The notes beneath the pieces are model-generated. The model searched no databases, had not been told where the DNA came from, and saw only the letters and a list, made by a program, of their open reading frames with translations. This document shows, in pieces, positions 7,625-15,537 of a stretch of 19,056 nucleotides of DNA. How positions within the stretch are numbered: the stretch's first letter is position 1; each line of letters starts with the position of its first letter. The stretch is from IMG/VR virus record IMGVR_UViG_2713896899_000019, positions 1-19,056 of that record, one strand, 5' to 3'. Source of the stretch: a virus (taxonomy: Duplodnaviria; Heunggongvirae; Uroviricota; Caudoviricetes). Both the position numbers and the translations under genes were made by a program.

Positions 7625-7880
7625 GTACTGCCAGGCAGACGAAGAGTGGATTCAGCAGCAGTTACAGGGGCTGCCTCCGTCACTGAGACGGAAGGTCGCC
7701 CTGAAATATGCGGAGGTATACGAAATCACTTTTGACGCTGAGCCTGTTTCATTCCGCAAGGAGAACAGAGCAAGGCACGAAGCAAACACAAGGCTCCGCT
7801 TGTTTGTGAGAAATCAGGGCAGAGCTTTACAGGGGTATACAACTCAGCCGCCCCTGGCAGGAACGCAATCGCGCTCCTGA
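7587..7880 (+). CDS. Hypothetical protein in the cII position (97 aa; start uncertain, alternative ATG at 7614)
   Basis: ORF immediately after cro, overlapping its 3' end. No family recognised. Confidence 0.4.
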   Translation: MSQNYVQTEMPSRYCQADEEWIQQQLQGLPPSLRRKVALKYAEVYEITFDAEPVSFRKENRARHEANTRLRLFVRNQGRALQGYTTQPPLAGTQSRS

Positions 7881-7936
7881 TTGGTACCGGGCTTAAAGGT
7901 GTCCGGTGGCTGAATCCCAAATCTCATTGCATTTGT

Positions 7937-8112
7937 GTACTAGCTAAGGAGTACATGCAAAATTCAGTGAGAGGAGGGGAGGGGGAGGAGTGCTCGTGTG
8001 TTAGTGCGAAGCACTGGAACAGGCTTTTCCAACAGACGGGTACATAGGTTAGGTAGATCTCGATCTAAAGGGGGATACCTCTGAAAAAACGGCTGTACCA
8101 TAAAGCTAGTAC
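7937..8112. repeat. Inverted-repeat-bracketed non-coding element (19-bp arms) containing a polypurine G-rich tract
   Basis: Left arm GTACTAGCT-aagga-GTACA (7937-7955); right arm TGTAC-cataa-AGCTAGTAC (8094-8112), whose reverse complement is GTACTAGCT-ttatg-GTACA. Inside are a 22-nt pure-purine tract (7969-7990, GGGGAGGGGGAGG core) and an AGTGCT…AGCACT hairpin (7989-8015). Confidence 0.5.
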
Positions 8113-8129
8113 AAAATGGATAAAAAAGT

Positions 8130-8498
8130 ATGAGTGAAGACCTGAAGCAAAATTTAATCGCTCTCCTGGAAGAGCAATTCATTCGCTCCGATGACAAAGT
8201 CGTTTTCGATTATGTGATGCAGAAAAAAATCAAGTCTCAGGGATACCATCTGCAACGCAATTTCAGCATCAGCATTAGCGGTGGTCGTAAAGGGTTTATT
8301 GATTGCCTGGTTACATCATCAGACGGCCAGCAGTGTGCCATTGAGGTCGATAAGAAGTCTCCCCGCAACCGTTCGTTGATGAAGCTGGCTCAGCTACCTG
8401 AGGGGATGTCAGGCTTTGTCCTGCTCAGGGATGGTAAGCACCCTCTTCGATATAGCGAGAACGGAATTGACGTTATTCGTGCGACGAAATTTAAGTGA
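8130..8498 (+). CDS. Small PD-(D/E)xK-like nuclease-fold protein (possibly VRR-NUC-like)
   Basis: 122-aa ORF. The segment GGRKGFIDCLVTSSDGQQCAIEVDKK resembles a restriction-endonuclease-fold core (hydrophobic strand ending in D, then E-x-D/K-K). Weak RBS. It sits just upstream of the replication genes. Confidence 0.4.
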   Translation: MSEDLKQNLIALLEEQFIRSDDKVVFDYVMQKKIKSQGYHLQRNFSISISGGRKGFIDCLVTSSDGQQCAIEVDKKSPRNRSLMKLAQLPEGMSGFVLLRDGKHPLRYSENGIDVIRATKFK

Positions 8499-8609
8499 GT
8501 TGATTCGGAAAGGGGCTGGCAGCCTTTGGGGAGACCACCAGCCATGTGAGGAGGAATCCATGAAAACCACATCACAAAATTATTATCTCATCACTGCGGG
8601 GACAGCACA

Positions 8610-10268
8610 ATGCAGCTGACAATCACGCCGAATTTTGCACAGGAGCGAGCGCTAAACATGTTGCGCCGTGACTGGAAGGCAAACGACACCTTCATGGTTT
8701 ACTCGCCAACAGGTAGCGGTAAAACGGGTCTGGCAGCCTTCATCGTTGCTGGTTTTGTCAGCCGTGGTATGCGTGTTCTGTTCTGTGTTCCGTACACCAT
8801 CCTGATTGGTCAGACGGCTAATCGGTTCGTGCAGTATGGTTTACCTGGAGATGAAATCGGTTATATCTGGGCGGATCACCCGAACTACGATCCGGACCGG
8901 AAAATTCAGATTGCCAGCGCTGACACGCTTATTCGTCGTGTTTTTCCTGAAAATATCGATCTGCTGATTATCGACGAAGCGCACCTGCGTAAAAAACGCA
9001 TCCTGAAGGATATCGAACGTCTGCGCGGCAAAGGCGTAAAGGTGATTGGCCTGTCGGGTACTCCGTTTTCTCCGTTCCTGGGCAAATACTATGACCGACT
9101 GATTAAGCCGACCACCATCGGCGAGTTAATCCAGCGTGGCGATCTGAGTAAATACGAATTTTACGCGCCAACTAAGCCGGATCTGAAAGGTGTTAAAACC
9201 ACATCTTCGCTTGAGTACGGCCGCGATTACAACGAAACACAGCTGGCTGAAATCATGTGCGGCTCTACGCTGGTGGGCGACATCGTACAGAACTGGCTGG
9301 AGAATGGTCGGGATCTACCTACCATCGCTTTCTGCGTCAACGTAGCCCACGCCAATTACCTGACAATCCAGTTTAACCTCGCAGGTGTTAACGCTGAGGT
9401 AATGACCGCAGACACTCCGGTAGATGAGCGCCAGACCATCATTCACCGCTTTGAAACTGGTGCAACGAAAATCATCGTTAGTGTGGGCGTTCTGGTGGCC
9501 GGCTTTGATAGTGACGTTCGTTGCATCATCTACGCCAGGCCAACAAAAAGCGAAATTCGCTGGTTGCAGGCACTCGGGCGTGGGCTGCGCACCGCACCGG
9601 GTAAAGAGTCCTGCCTTATCTTCGATCACAGCGGCACCGTGCACCGTTTGGGTTATCCGGATTCAATCGAGTACGACGATCTTCCCGGTAAGTCTGACGG
9701 CATGGAGGAAAGCGCGCGCCGCGCAGTTGAGGAACGGGCCGAAAAACTGCCACATGAATGCCCTCAATGCCACTACATGAAGCCAGCTGGCGTCTATGTT
9801 TGCCCTAAATGTGGACACAAGCCGCTGCGAGGTGAAGATGTTGATACTGACACTAGCCGCAAACTTAATAAGCTGGGTAAAAATCAGCATCAGTCGACGA
9901 AGACAGAGAAACAGTCCTGGTGGAGTCAGATCAAATTTTATCAGCGCCAGCGTGCTTCGCTGGGGCGTCCAGTCAGTGATGGATGGTGTGCTCACACTTT
10001 CAGGGAGAAATTCGGTGAATGGCCTGATGGGTTGAGCAGTTTCCCGATGGAAATAAGCCCAGAAGTAAGTAACTACATCAAACACAAGCTGATTCGGTTT
10101 GCCAAAGGCCGTCAGCGGACGCAGAGAACTATAGAAAAATTGCAGGCAACGATTCCTCTGTCTCAGGAACGAGGTGAGCGAAGCGAGATGCCAATAGGCA
10201 CTGAGGCTTGGCGCATCATGCAAGCAAAGCAACAACTCCAGAAAAATATAAACAGTTTGAGTCAGTAA
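8610..10268 (+). CDS. Replicative SF2 (DEAD/DEAH-box) helicase with C-terminal zinc ribbon
   Basis: 552 aa. Walker A SPTGSGKT, DEAH box LLIIDEAH, motif VI QALGRGLR, and zinc ribbon CPQCHYMKPAGVYVCPKCGH. Confidence 0.85.
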   Translation: MQLTITPNFAQERALNMLRRDWKANDTFMVYSPTGSGKTGLAAFIVAGFVSRGMRVLFCVPYTILIGQTANRFVQYGLPGDEIGYIWADHPNYDPDRKIQIASADTLIRRVFPENIDLLIIDEAHLRKKRILKDIERLRGKGVKVIGLSGTPFSPFLGKYYDRLIKPTTIGELIQRGDLSKYEFYAPTKPDLKGVKTTSSLEYGRDYNETQLAEIMCGSTLVGDIVQNWLENGRDLPTIAFCVNVAHANYLTIQFNLAGVNAEVMTADTPVDERQTIIHRFETGATKIIVSVGVLVAGFDSDVRCIIYARPTKSEIRWLQALGRGLRTAPGKESCLIFDHSGTVHRLGYPDSIEYDDLPGKSDGMEESARRAVEERAEKLPHECPQCHYMKPAGVYVCPKCGHKPLRGEDVDTDTSRKLNKLGKNQHQSTKTEKQSWWSQIKFYQRQRASLGRPVSDGWCAHTFREKFGEWPDGLSSFPMEISPEVSNYIKHKLIRFAKGRQRTQRTIEKLQATIPLSQERGERSEMPIGTEAWRIMQAKQQLQKNINSLSQ

Positions 10269-10269
10269 G

Positions 10270-11238
10270 ATGAAAACAGCAGCTGCAGCGAAAGGCCGCT
10301 GGCCTGAAATATTAGAGCACTTCGGCTTGCCGCCGATAACAGGAAAAAATCACTTCAAGGGTGAATGCCCGGTATGCGGTGCACGTGGCAAGTTCCGAAT
10401 TGATGACCGCGACGGTGCAGGAACGTGGATCTGTGTATGTGGTAGTGGCGATGGTATGAAACTTGTCACCCTGACACAGGCGAAGCCATTTAACGAGATT
10501 TGTACCGAAATAGACCGCCTGATCGGTAATGATTACCAACGGGTTAAAATCCCGGTAACCAGCAGCGCCACCAGCTTACGCAAACGGGTATTGAGCAAGT
10601 TTTCAAAACTGGAGGCACTGCGTGGTACATCCGGCGCAGCGTATCTTAATTCTCGTGGAATATTCAGTCTTCCTGCTGAGGCGATCCGGTTCAATGCCAG
10701 GCAGAGACACAACGGGAGTGTGTTCCAGTCTCTTTATTCACTTGCTACGGACGATAAAGGGGAGTTGTGCTATCTGCACCAGACTCTGCTTGATGGTGAT
10801 AAAAAAGCAGATATCGGTAGCAGTGCAAAGCGCCTCAAATCCCTGCAGGAAGATAACTATTTGGATCACGCTCGTTCTGTAGCTATCCGCATGTTTCCTG
10901 TTGCTAGCACTCTGGGTATCGCCGAAGGCATCGAAACAGCGCTGTCAGCGCACCAGATTTATAACGTGAACACTTGGGCAACCATTAACAGCGGCTTTAT
11001 GAAAAAGTTCCGCGTACCAGCTGGTGTTCTGCACCTGATTATTTTTGCCGACCGTGACGAGAACAGCGCCACCGGGCTGGCTGCGGCTTGCGAATGTGCT
11101 CATGCCAATCTGATGGCAAAGAATGACCTGCAGCGCGTGAGCGTGTACTGGCCGGATCACGATGATTTCAACAATATGCTCATGAACGGTGATCAGGTTC
11201 GAGAGCTGGTTTTCCATAAGAAAAAGGCGGTTGCGTAA
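10270..11238 (+). CDS. DNA primase (zinc-binding N-terminus plus Toprim domain)
   Basis: 322 aa. Cys cluster GECPVCGARGKF…WICVCGSGDG; Toprim-like acidic motifs GIAEGIETALS and LIIFADRDEN. Start is 2 nt after the helicase stop. Confidence 0.8.
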   Translation: MKTAAAAKGRWPEILEHFGLPPITGKNHFKGECPVCGARGKFRIDDRDGAGTWICVCGSGDGMKLVTLTQAKPFNEICTEIDRLIGNDYQRVKIPVTSSATSLRKRVLSKFSKLEALRGTSGAAYLNSRGIFSLPAEAIRFNARQRHNGSVFQSLYSLATDDKGELCYLHQTLLDGDKKADIGSSAKRLKSLQEDNYLDHARSVAIRMFPVASTLGIAEGIETALSAHQIYNVNTWATINSGFMKKFRVPAGVLHLIIFADRDENSATGLAAACECAHANLMAKNDLQRVSVYWPDHDDFNNMLMNGDQVRELVFHKKKAVA

Positions 11239-12095
11239 TGCGTACTGATAACAACGAACATAAAGCACTATTCACCATCCCGACGGCAGCGTACAGCTCC
11301 GCCCTCGCAAACATCAAGCCCCTGCCAGAGCAACGGAGAATCACCGGGCATAAGCAGACTGATGCTTATCTTTGGGTGCTGGAGGTTATCCGTCTGAACG
11401 AACCCGCACATCTGGATGCTGCTGAGGCTGCGCTGGTGAAAATTAAAATTTCCCCAAAAGAGGCCCAGGAACGCTATTCGCGTTATCTGCTGGCGAATGG
11501 TGGTGATCCTTTCCAGATTGCTTTCGGTACCATCGGCATGGATAACCCGGCACAGGCAATCAGGATCGCCCGGGAGAATATCAAAAAAGCAACATCAGTC
11601 AGGGCTACGTTTGGTAGCTATGAAGCAGCACTCGAAGATGTGGAAGCCGAGCGAGTGATCAAGTCTTCCCAGAAATTTATCGACGATCATCTCTGGGGCT
11701 GGACTGCAGCCGAGAAGACAGCGGGCAGAATTGATGGCATCCGTATGAATGAAATTGATGATCAGCGTCGTGCATATGTTGATGGCTATCGTGATGTACT
11801 GCCAGAGCCTCATACATTGTCAGACGTAGTTCGTGAGTTTGTTTACTGGGACTGGCTCTACAGTGTTCGCCACACTGCGTCTAAAGAACAGGGCGATGAG
11901 TATGGTTACTCTGAGCATCACGAATCGGTATATGACCGCGAGCGCTACCTTGAAAAATTGCTGATGACCATCAAACCGGTGACACGGGCTGAAGCCGTGG
12001 AGGTGTGTCGTTGGTTTTTGGCAAGCGGAAAGGGCGAATATATGAAAGACAATGGCGCGGCTGTTATTCTTAATCTGGTTGGGGAGTGTGAATAA
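11238..12095 (+). CDS. Hypothetical phage protein (285 aa) in the nin-region position
   Basis: ORF coupled to its neighbours by TAATG overlaps at both ends; no family recognised. Confidence 0.6.
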   Translation: MRTDNNEHKALFTIPTAAYSSALANIKPLPEQRRITGHKQTDAYLWVLEVIRLNEPAHLDAAEAALVKIKISPKEAQERYSRYLLANGGDPFQIAFGTIGMDNPAQAIRIARENIKKATSVRATFGSYEAALEDVEAERVIKSSQKFIDDHLWGWTAAEKTAGRIDGIRMNEIDDQRRAYVDGYRDVLPEPHTLSDVVREFVYWDWLYSVRHTASKEQGDEYGYSEHHESVYDRERYLEKLLMTIKPVTRAEAVEVCRWFLASGKGEYMKDNGAAVILNLVGECE

Positions 12096-12925
12096 TGAAG
12101 CTTGAGGCATCGCTAAAATACTTCAGTCCTCAGGGAATGTATATCGGCGACGATGTGAAAGGAACCTCTCCGGAACGTCTTACAGGCACCGATGTTATGG
12201 CGGCTATTGGTACCACCAGCAATCGTGAGCGGTTTGGCTTGGCGGCCTTCTTCGGGAAGGCCGGTATCAGCAAGACTGATGAGCAGATGGCAGTCCAAGC
12301 GCTGGCGCGTCACGCGATGGAAATTGCACCGAAGAATGTGCGTAAAGCAGCTGGTGGTGAATTTGGCTGGTGTATGCTGGTACTGGCGCAGTTTGCTTTT
12401 GCTGAGTATTCCCGATCGGCAGACACCAGCGTAACATGCCATAGTTGCAGTGGTACCGGACTAACACCCCGTAAGCAGGTCATTCGTAAGGTTTCATACC
12501 CATGGGGTAAAGCACCATATTGGGCCAGTCGCTCCCGTGCTGTTCGACCGTCAGACTGGGAGAAATGGACAGAGGTAACGGAAGTTGTACCAGTCGTTTG
12601 CGATGTATGTAAAGGGAAGGGAGTGATAAGTGCCAGGTGTCGTTGTGGTGGAAAGGGGGAGGTACTCGACCGCAAAGCTACAAGCGAGCGTGGTGCACCA
12701 GTGTTTAAAATCTGCGAACGTTGCAGCGGAAATGGATTTTCCACGGTACCGTCTACCACAGTATATAAAGTTGTACTGAAGCGGATACCCGAGCTACATG
12801 TCAGGACATGGACGCGTAATTGGAAGCCGTTTCTTGATTCTCTGGTTGACATTTGCCACCAGGAAGAGCGTAAGGCCGATATTGCTTTTCAGAATGTGAC
12901 AAGTTTTGGTGATGATGTGAACTAA
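12095..12925 (+). CDS. Putative late-gene antiterminator Q-like protein with four CxxCxGxG zinc-finger repeats
   Basis: 276 aa. Sits directly upstream of the candidate late promoter/terminator and lysis genes. Repeats CHSCSGTG, CDVCKGKG, CRCGGKG and CERCSGNG are DnaJ-type zinc-finger spacing. The Q call is from position plus zinc-binding character, not an alignment. Confidence 0.5.
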   Translation: MKLEASLKYFSPQGMYIGDDVKGTSPERLTGTDVMAAIGTTSNRERFGLAAFFGKAGISKTDEQMAVQALARHAMEIAPKNVRKAAGGEFGWCMLVLAQFAFAEYSRSADTSVTCHSCSGTGLTPRKQVIRKVSYPWGKAPYWASRSRAVRPSDWEKWTEVTEVVPVVCDVCKGKGVISARCRCGGKGEVLDRKATSERGAPVFKICERCSGNGFSTVPSTTVYKVVLKRIPELHVRTWTRNWKPFLDSLVDICHQEERKADIAFQNVTSFGDDVN

Positions 12926-12950
12926 GCTTAGGGTTTTTGCGACATTACAC

Positions 12951-12999
12951 TTGATTTTGTCCGAATCTGTCATGTATGCTTTTAAGCATGTGGAATAAT
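12951..12999 (+). promoter_or_regulatory. Candidate late promoter PR' with promoter-proximal -10-like pause element (qut-like region)
   Basis: -35 TTGATT (12951-12956), 18-nt spacer, -10 TATGCT (12975-12980). A -10-like AATAAT lies at 12994-12999 in the initial transcribed region, as in sigma70-dependent pause sites used by Q proteins. Confidence 0.4.
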
Positions 13000-13018
13000 G
13001 CGTAAATGATTTTGATAG

Positions 13019-13041
13019 AAGCCCCTTTCGGGGCTTTTATC
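13019..13041 (+). terminator. Intrinsic terminator (candidate tR', ending a short 6S-like leader RNA)
   Basis: Stem AAGCCCC / GGGGCTT with loop TTTC (13019-13036), followed by TTTTATCATTT. The T-tract is on the plus strand only. It overlaps the stop codon of the minus-strand 310-aa gene. Confidence 0.6.
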
Positions 13042-13972
13042 ATTTCAGCCCTTTTAAAAAGCGTTCGAAATTATGGAATTCAAGTTCATCCGCTGTCGAT
13101 GAGTATTTTATTTTGTTTGCGATGGGACGCAGATTTTTTTTAGTTAGGAATTTACTGGCTTCATGTTTCAGTTTTTTTAATCGCTTGATTCGTTCTTCGA
13201 TTGAACTGGCAATTTTGGCAACATTAGAAATTTCTGGGCTTGGGGCTGTTTGTAGATCAATACACTGAATTTTTTTTAGATCTTCTTTGAGCGCAACAAA
13301 AAAATCACGAAGATTGTTTTCTGGTAAAAGAACATGACTAAATGATACTTTTCCTATGTAGAATTCACTTATTGCCTCTCCAGACTCGCGCATGTGTTCA
13401 TTCATTGCGAACAGAATTGTTTTGGTATTCTTATCAGTTTCCACTTCAGAAAGGGTTACAAGGCCTGTCTGGCTCTTGGTCAAAAAACGAATTTCTGTAG
13501 CACCAAGTCTTCCGGAGTAATTGGAATTTTTACTATTTTCGATGGTAGAAGATAGATAATCTATTGTGGGTTTGATATTTCGTATCGTTTCAATATTTTT
13601 TTGCCACTCTTCACATTTACTTTTTGCGGTGCTAATAATTTCCCGATTGGTTTCGAGTTGCATAAATTTATTGAAACTAAGAACGTTTTCACCAAATTCC
13701 ACACCAAATTCGTTTTTACCACATTTATTTCCGATGTTGGTTTCAATGCCACTAGATGTTTTTACAATATAACCCATTTGATGTGGTTGGTTGCAACCAG
13801 TTAGACCACAGTGGATTTCTTCTTTAAATTTGTAGTAACCAATTATCTCCTCAAGTTGTTGAACTCCTTTGTCTATAGTGGTGACAAAGTTTGGTCTGGA
13901 TATAATTTCCTCCCAGTTTTCAAGTTTCTCGATGCCGTTTTCAGTTCTGAGAAAAATCATGAATCGCTCCAT
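13040..13972 (-). CDS. AT-rich hypothetical protein (310 aa; likely start at the ATG at 13960), moron oriented against late transcription
   Basis: Long ORF rich in K/N/I/E. Hand counts of two 60-nt lines give about 32-33% G+C against about 50% in flanking phage genes. GGAG lies 8 nt upstream of the internal ATG at 13960. No family recognised. Confidence 0.6.
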   Translation of the reverse strand: MERFMIFLRTENGIEKLENWEEIISRPNFVTTIDKGVQQLEEIIGYYKFKEEIHCGLTGCNQPHQMGYIVKTSSGIETNIGNKCGKNEFGVEFGENVLSFNKFMQLETNREIISTAKSKCEEWQKNIETIRNIKPTIDYLSSTIENSKNSNYSGRLGATEIRFLTKSQTGLVTLSEVETDKNTKTILFAMNEHMRESGEAISEFYIGKVSFSHVLLPENNLRDFFVALKEDLKKIQCIDLQTAPSPEISNVAKIASSIEERIKRLKKLKHEASKFLTKKNLRPIANKIKYSSTADELEFHNFERFLKGLK

Positions 13973-14074
13973 TTGAAAGTGGACCGTTTATTTTATCGGC
14001 ATAAAAATGAGAACACCACAAGTTATTTTATTACCGAATACTTGGTAAAGATGGGTAACTTCGCCACACAGCTT

Positions 14075-14098
14075 AAACCCGCCGCCGTGCGGTTTTTT
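14075..14098 (+). terminator. Possible weak intrinsic terminator
   Basis: Short GC stem CCGC/GCGG (14079-14092) followed by TTTTTT (14093-14098). The stem is only about 4 bp, so this is tentative. Confidence 0.3.
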
Positions 14099-14369
14099 GT
14101 CTGCACAACAGGTAAGAGCATTCTCCCTTATGGGGCTTGGCTTAAATGCACTGAGTGCTCTTATCGTTGTGCTGAATTAAGCGAATACCGGAAGCAGAAC
14201 CGGATCACCAAATGCGTACAGGCGTCATCGCCGCCCAGCAACAGCACAACCCAAACTGAGCCGTAGCCACTGGCTGTCCTGAATTCATCAGTGATAGTTA
14301 CGCTGCGGCCTTCTTTTCCCCATTCCCAATATAAGAACTACGCAATCCGTTACTTGCGGAGGCGTTGCT

Positions 14370-14585
14370 ATGAAATCCATGGACAAAATTTCAACGGGCA
14401 TTGCCTACGGCACCTCCGCAGGCAGTGCTGGCTACTGGTTTTTACAGTGGCTTGATCAGGTCAGTCCGTCACAGTGGGCTGCGATTGGTGTACTGGGGAG
14501 TCTGGTTCTGGGCTTCCTGACTTATCTGACAAATCTGTACTTCAAAATCAGAGAAGACAAGCGTAAGGCTGCACGGGGAGAGTAA
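14370..14585 (+). CDS. S: Class II holin, phage 21 S21-like pinholin (dual start Met1/Met4)
   Basis: 71 aa, [71 protein letters not shown]. Two transmembrane segments and a charged C-terminus; closely matches my recollection of S21. Confidence 0.85.
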   Translation: MKSMDKISTGIAYGTSAGSAGYWFLQWLDQVSPSQWAAIGVLGSLVLGFLTYLTNLYFKIREDKRKAARGE

Positions 14586-14589
14586 TTCA

Positions 14590-14940
14590 ATGACTCAAAA
14601 CTATGAACTGATTGTGAAAGGGATCCGCAATTTTGAGAATAAAGTTACGGTAACTTTAGCGTTACGGGACAAAAAACGCTTTGACGGTGAAATTTTTGAC
14701 CTGGACATCTCGCTGGACCGTGTTGAAGGTGCCGCGCTGGAGTTTTATGAGGCAGCAGCCAGAAGGGGCATCAGACAGGTCTTCCTGGATGTTGCTGCCG
14801 GGTTATGTGAAGGGGATGAGCAGTCGCCGGAAAAGCGCCCCGTAATTTTAGATGCGCAGAATGTGTGGATAACCCACAAAGGAAAGCTACCAGGAAGAAT
14901 TACTGGTTCTCTGAAGACTCCTCCAGAATCACAACCTTAA
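14590..14940 (+). CDS. Hypothetical protein (116 aa) lying between holin and endolysin
   Basis: ORF with GGAGAG upstream of the ATG, starting 4 nt after the holin stop. No family recognised. Confidence 0.5.
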   Translation: MTQNYELIVKGIRNFENKVTVTLALRDKKRFDGEIFDLDISLDRVEGAALEFYEAAARRGIRQVFLDVAAGLCEGDEQSPEKRPVILDAQNVWITHKGKLPGRITGSLKTPPESQP

Positions 14941-15003
14941 GTCACTGACCGGAACAGATAAACCTGTCCGTGGGCAGAAACCGATAAATCCTGATAAATA
15001 TCC

Positions 15004-15537
15004 ATGAACGCAAAAATCAGATACGGCCTGTCGGCTGCCGTTCTGGCACTGATTGCCGTCGGTGCGCCCGCTCCTGATATTCTCGACCAGTTTCTGGATG
15101 AAAAAGAAGGTAACCACACAACGGCATACCGCGATGGGTCCGGCATCTGGACCATCTGTCGGGGTGCCACGATGGTGGATGGAAAACCCGTTTTTCCCGG
15201 TATGAAACTGTCGAAGGAAAAATGCGACCAGGTCAACGCCATTGAGCGTGATAAGGCGCTGGCATGGGTGGAGCGCAATATTAAAGTACCACTGACCGAA
15301 CCACAAAAAGCGGGTATCGCGTCATTTTGTCCCTATAACATTGGCCCCGGTAAGTGTTTTCCGTCGACGTTTTATAAGCGACTGAATGCCGGTGATCGTA
15401 AAGGTGCATGCGAGGCGATTCGCTGGTGGATAAAAGATGGTGGGCGCGATTGCCGCATACGTTCAAATAACTGCTATGGACAGGTTATTCGTCGTGACCA
15501 GGAAAGCGCATTAGCCTGTTGGGGGATAGATCAGTGA
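15004..15537 (+). CDS. R: SAR endolysin (lysozyme, T4-lysozyme-like fold, R21-type)
   Basis: 177 aa. N-terminal signal-anchor-release segment [22 protein letters not shown], then the catalytic-region pattern [20 protein letters not shown]. Confidence 0.85.
   Translation: MNAKIRYGLSAAVLALIAVGAPAPDILDQFLDEKEGNHTTAYRDGSGIWTICRGATMVDGKPVFPGMKLSKEKCDQVNAIERDKALAWVERNIKVPLTEPQKAGIASFCPYNIGPGKCFPSTFYKRLNAGDRKGACEAIRWWIKDGGRDCRIRSNNCYGQVIRRDQESALACWGIDQ

Noticed and set aside
9663-10235. 190-aa minus-strand ORF inside the helicase gene
   Set aside because: Antisense to a helicase ORF with clear Walker A, DEAH and motif VI; no RBS context. Treated as a chance antisense ORF.
12310-12852. 180-aa minus-strand ORF inside the Q-like gene
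   Set aside because: Antisense to a plus-strand gene that is translationally coupled to its neighbours; translation is Ser/Thr/Pro-rich and atypical.
13040-13972. Possible P-loop (GNKCGKN) in the 310-aa moron protein
   Set aside because: Only three residues separate the glycines, which does not fit the Walker A GxxxxGK[ST] spacing, so no NTPase call was made.
13811-14266. 151-aa plus-strand ORF overlapping the start of the AT-rich moron and the following intergenic region
   Set aside because: It overlaps the 5' end of the better-supported minus-strand gene and runs through a hairpin/T-tract; its composition is a by-product of AT-rich DNA.
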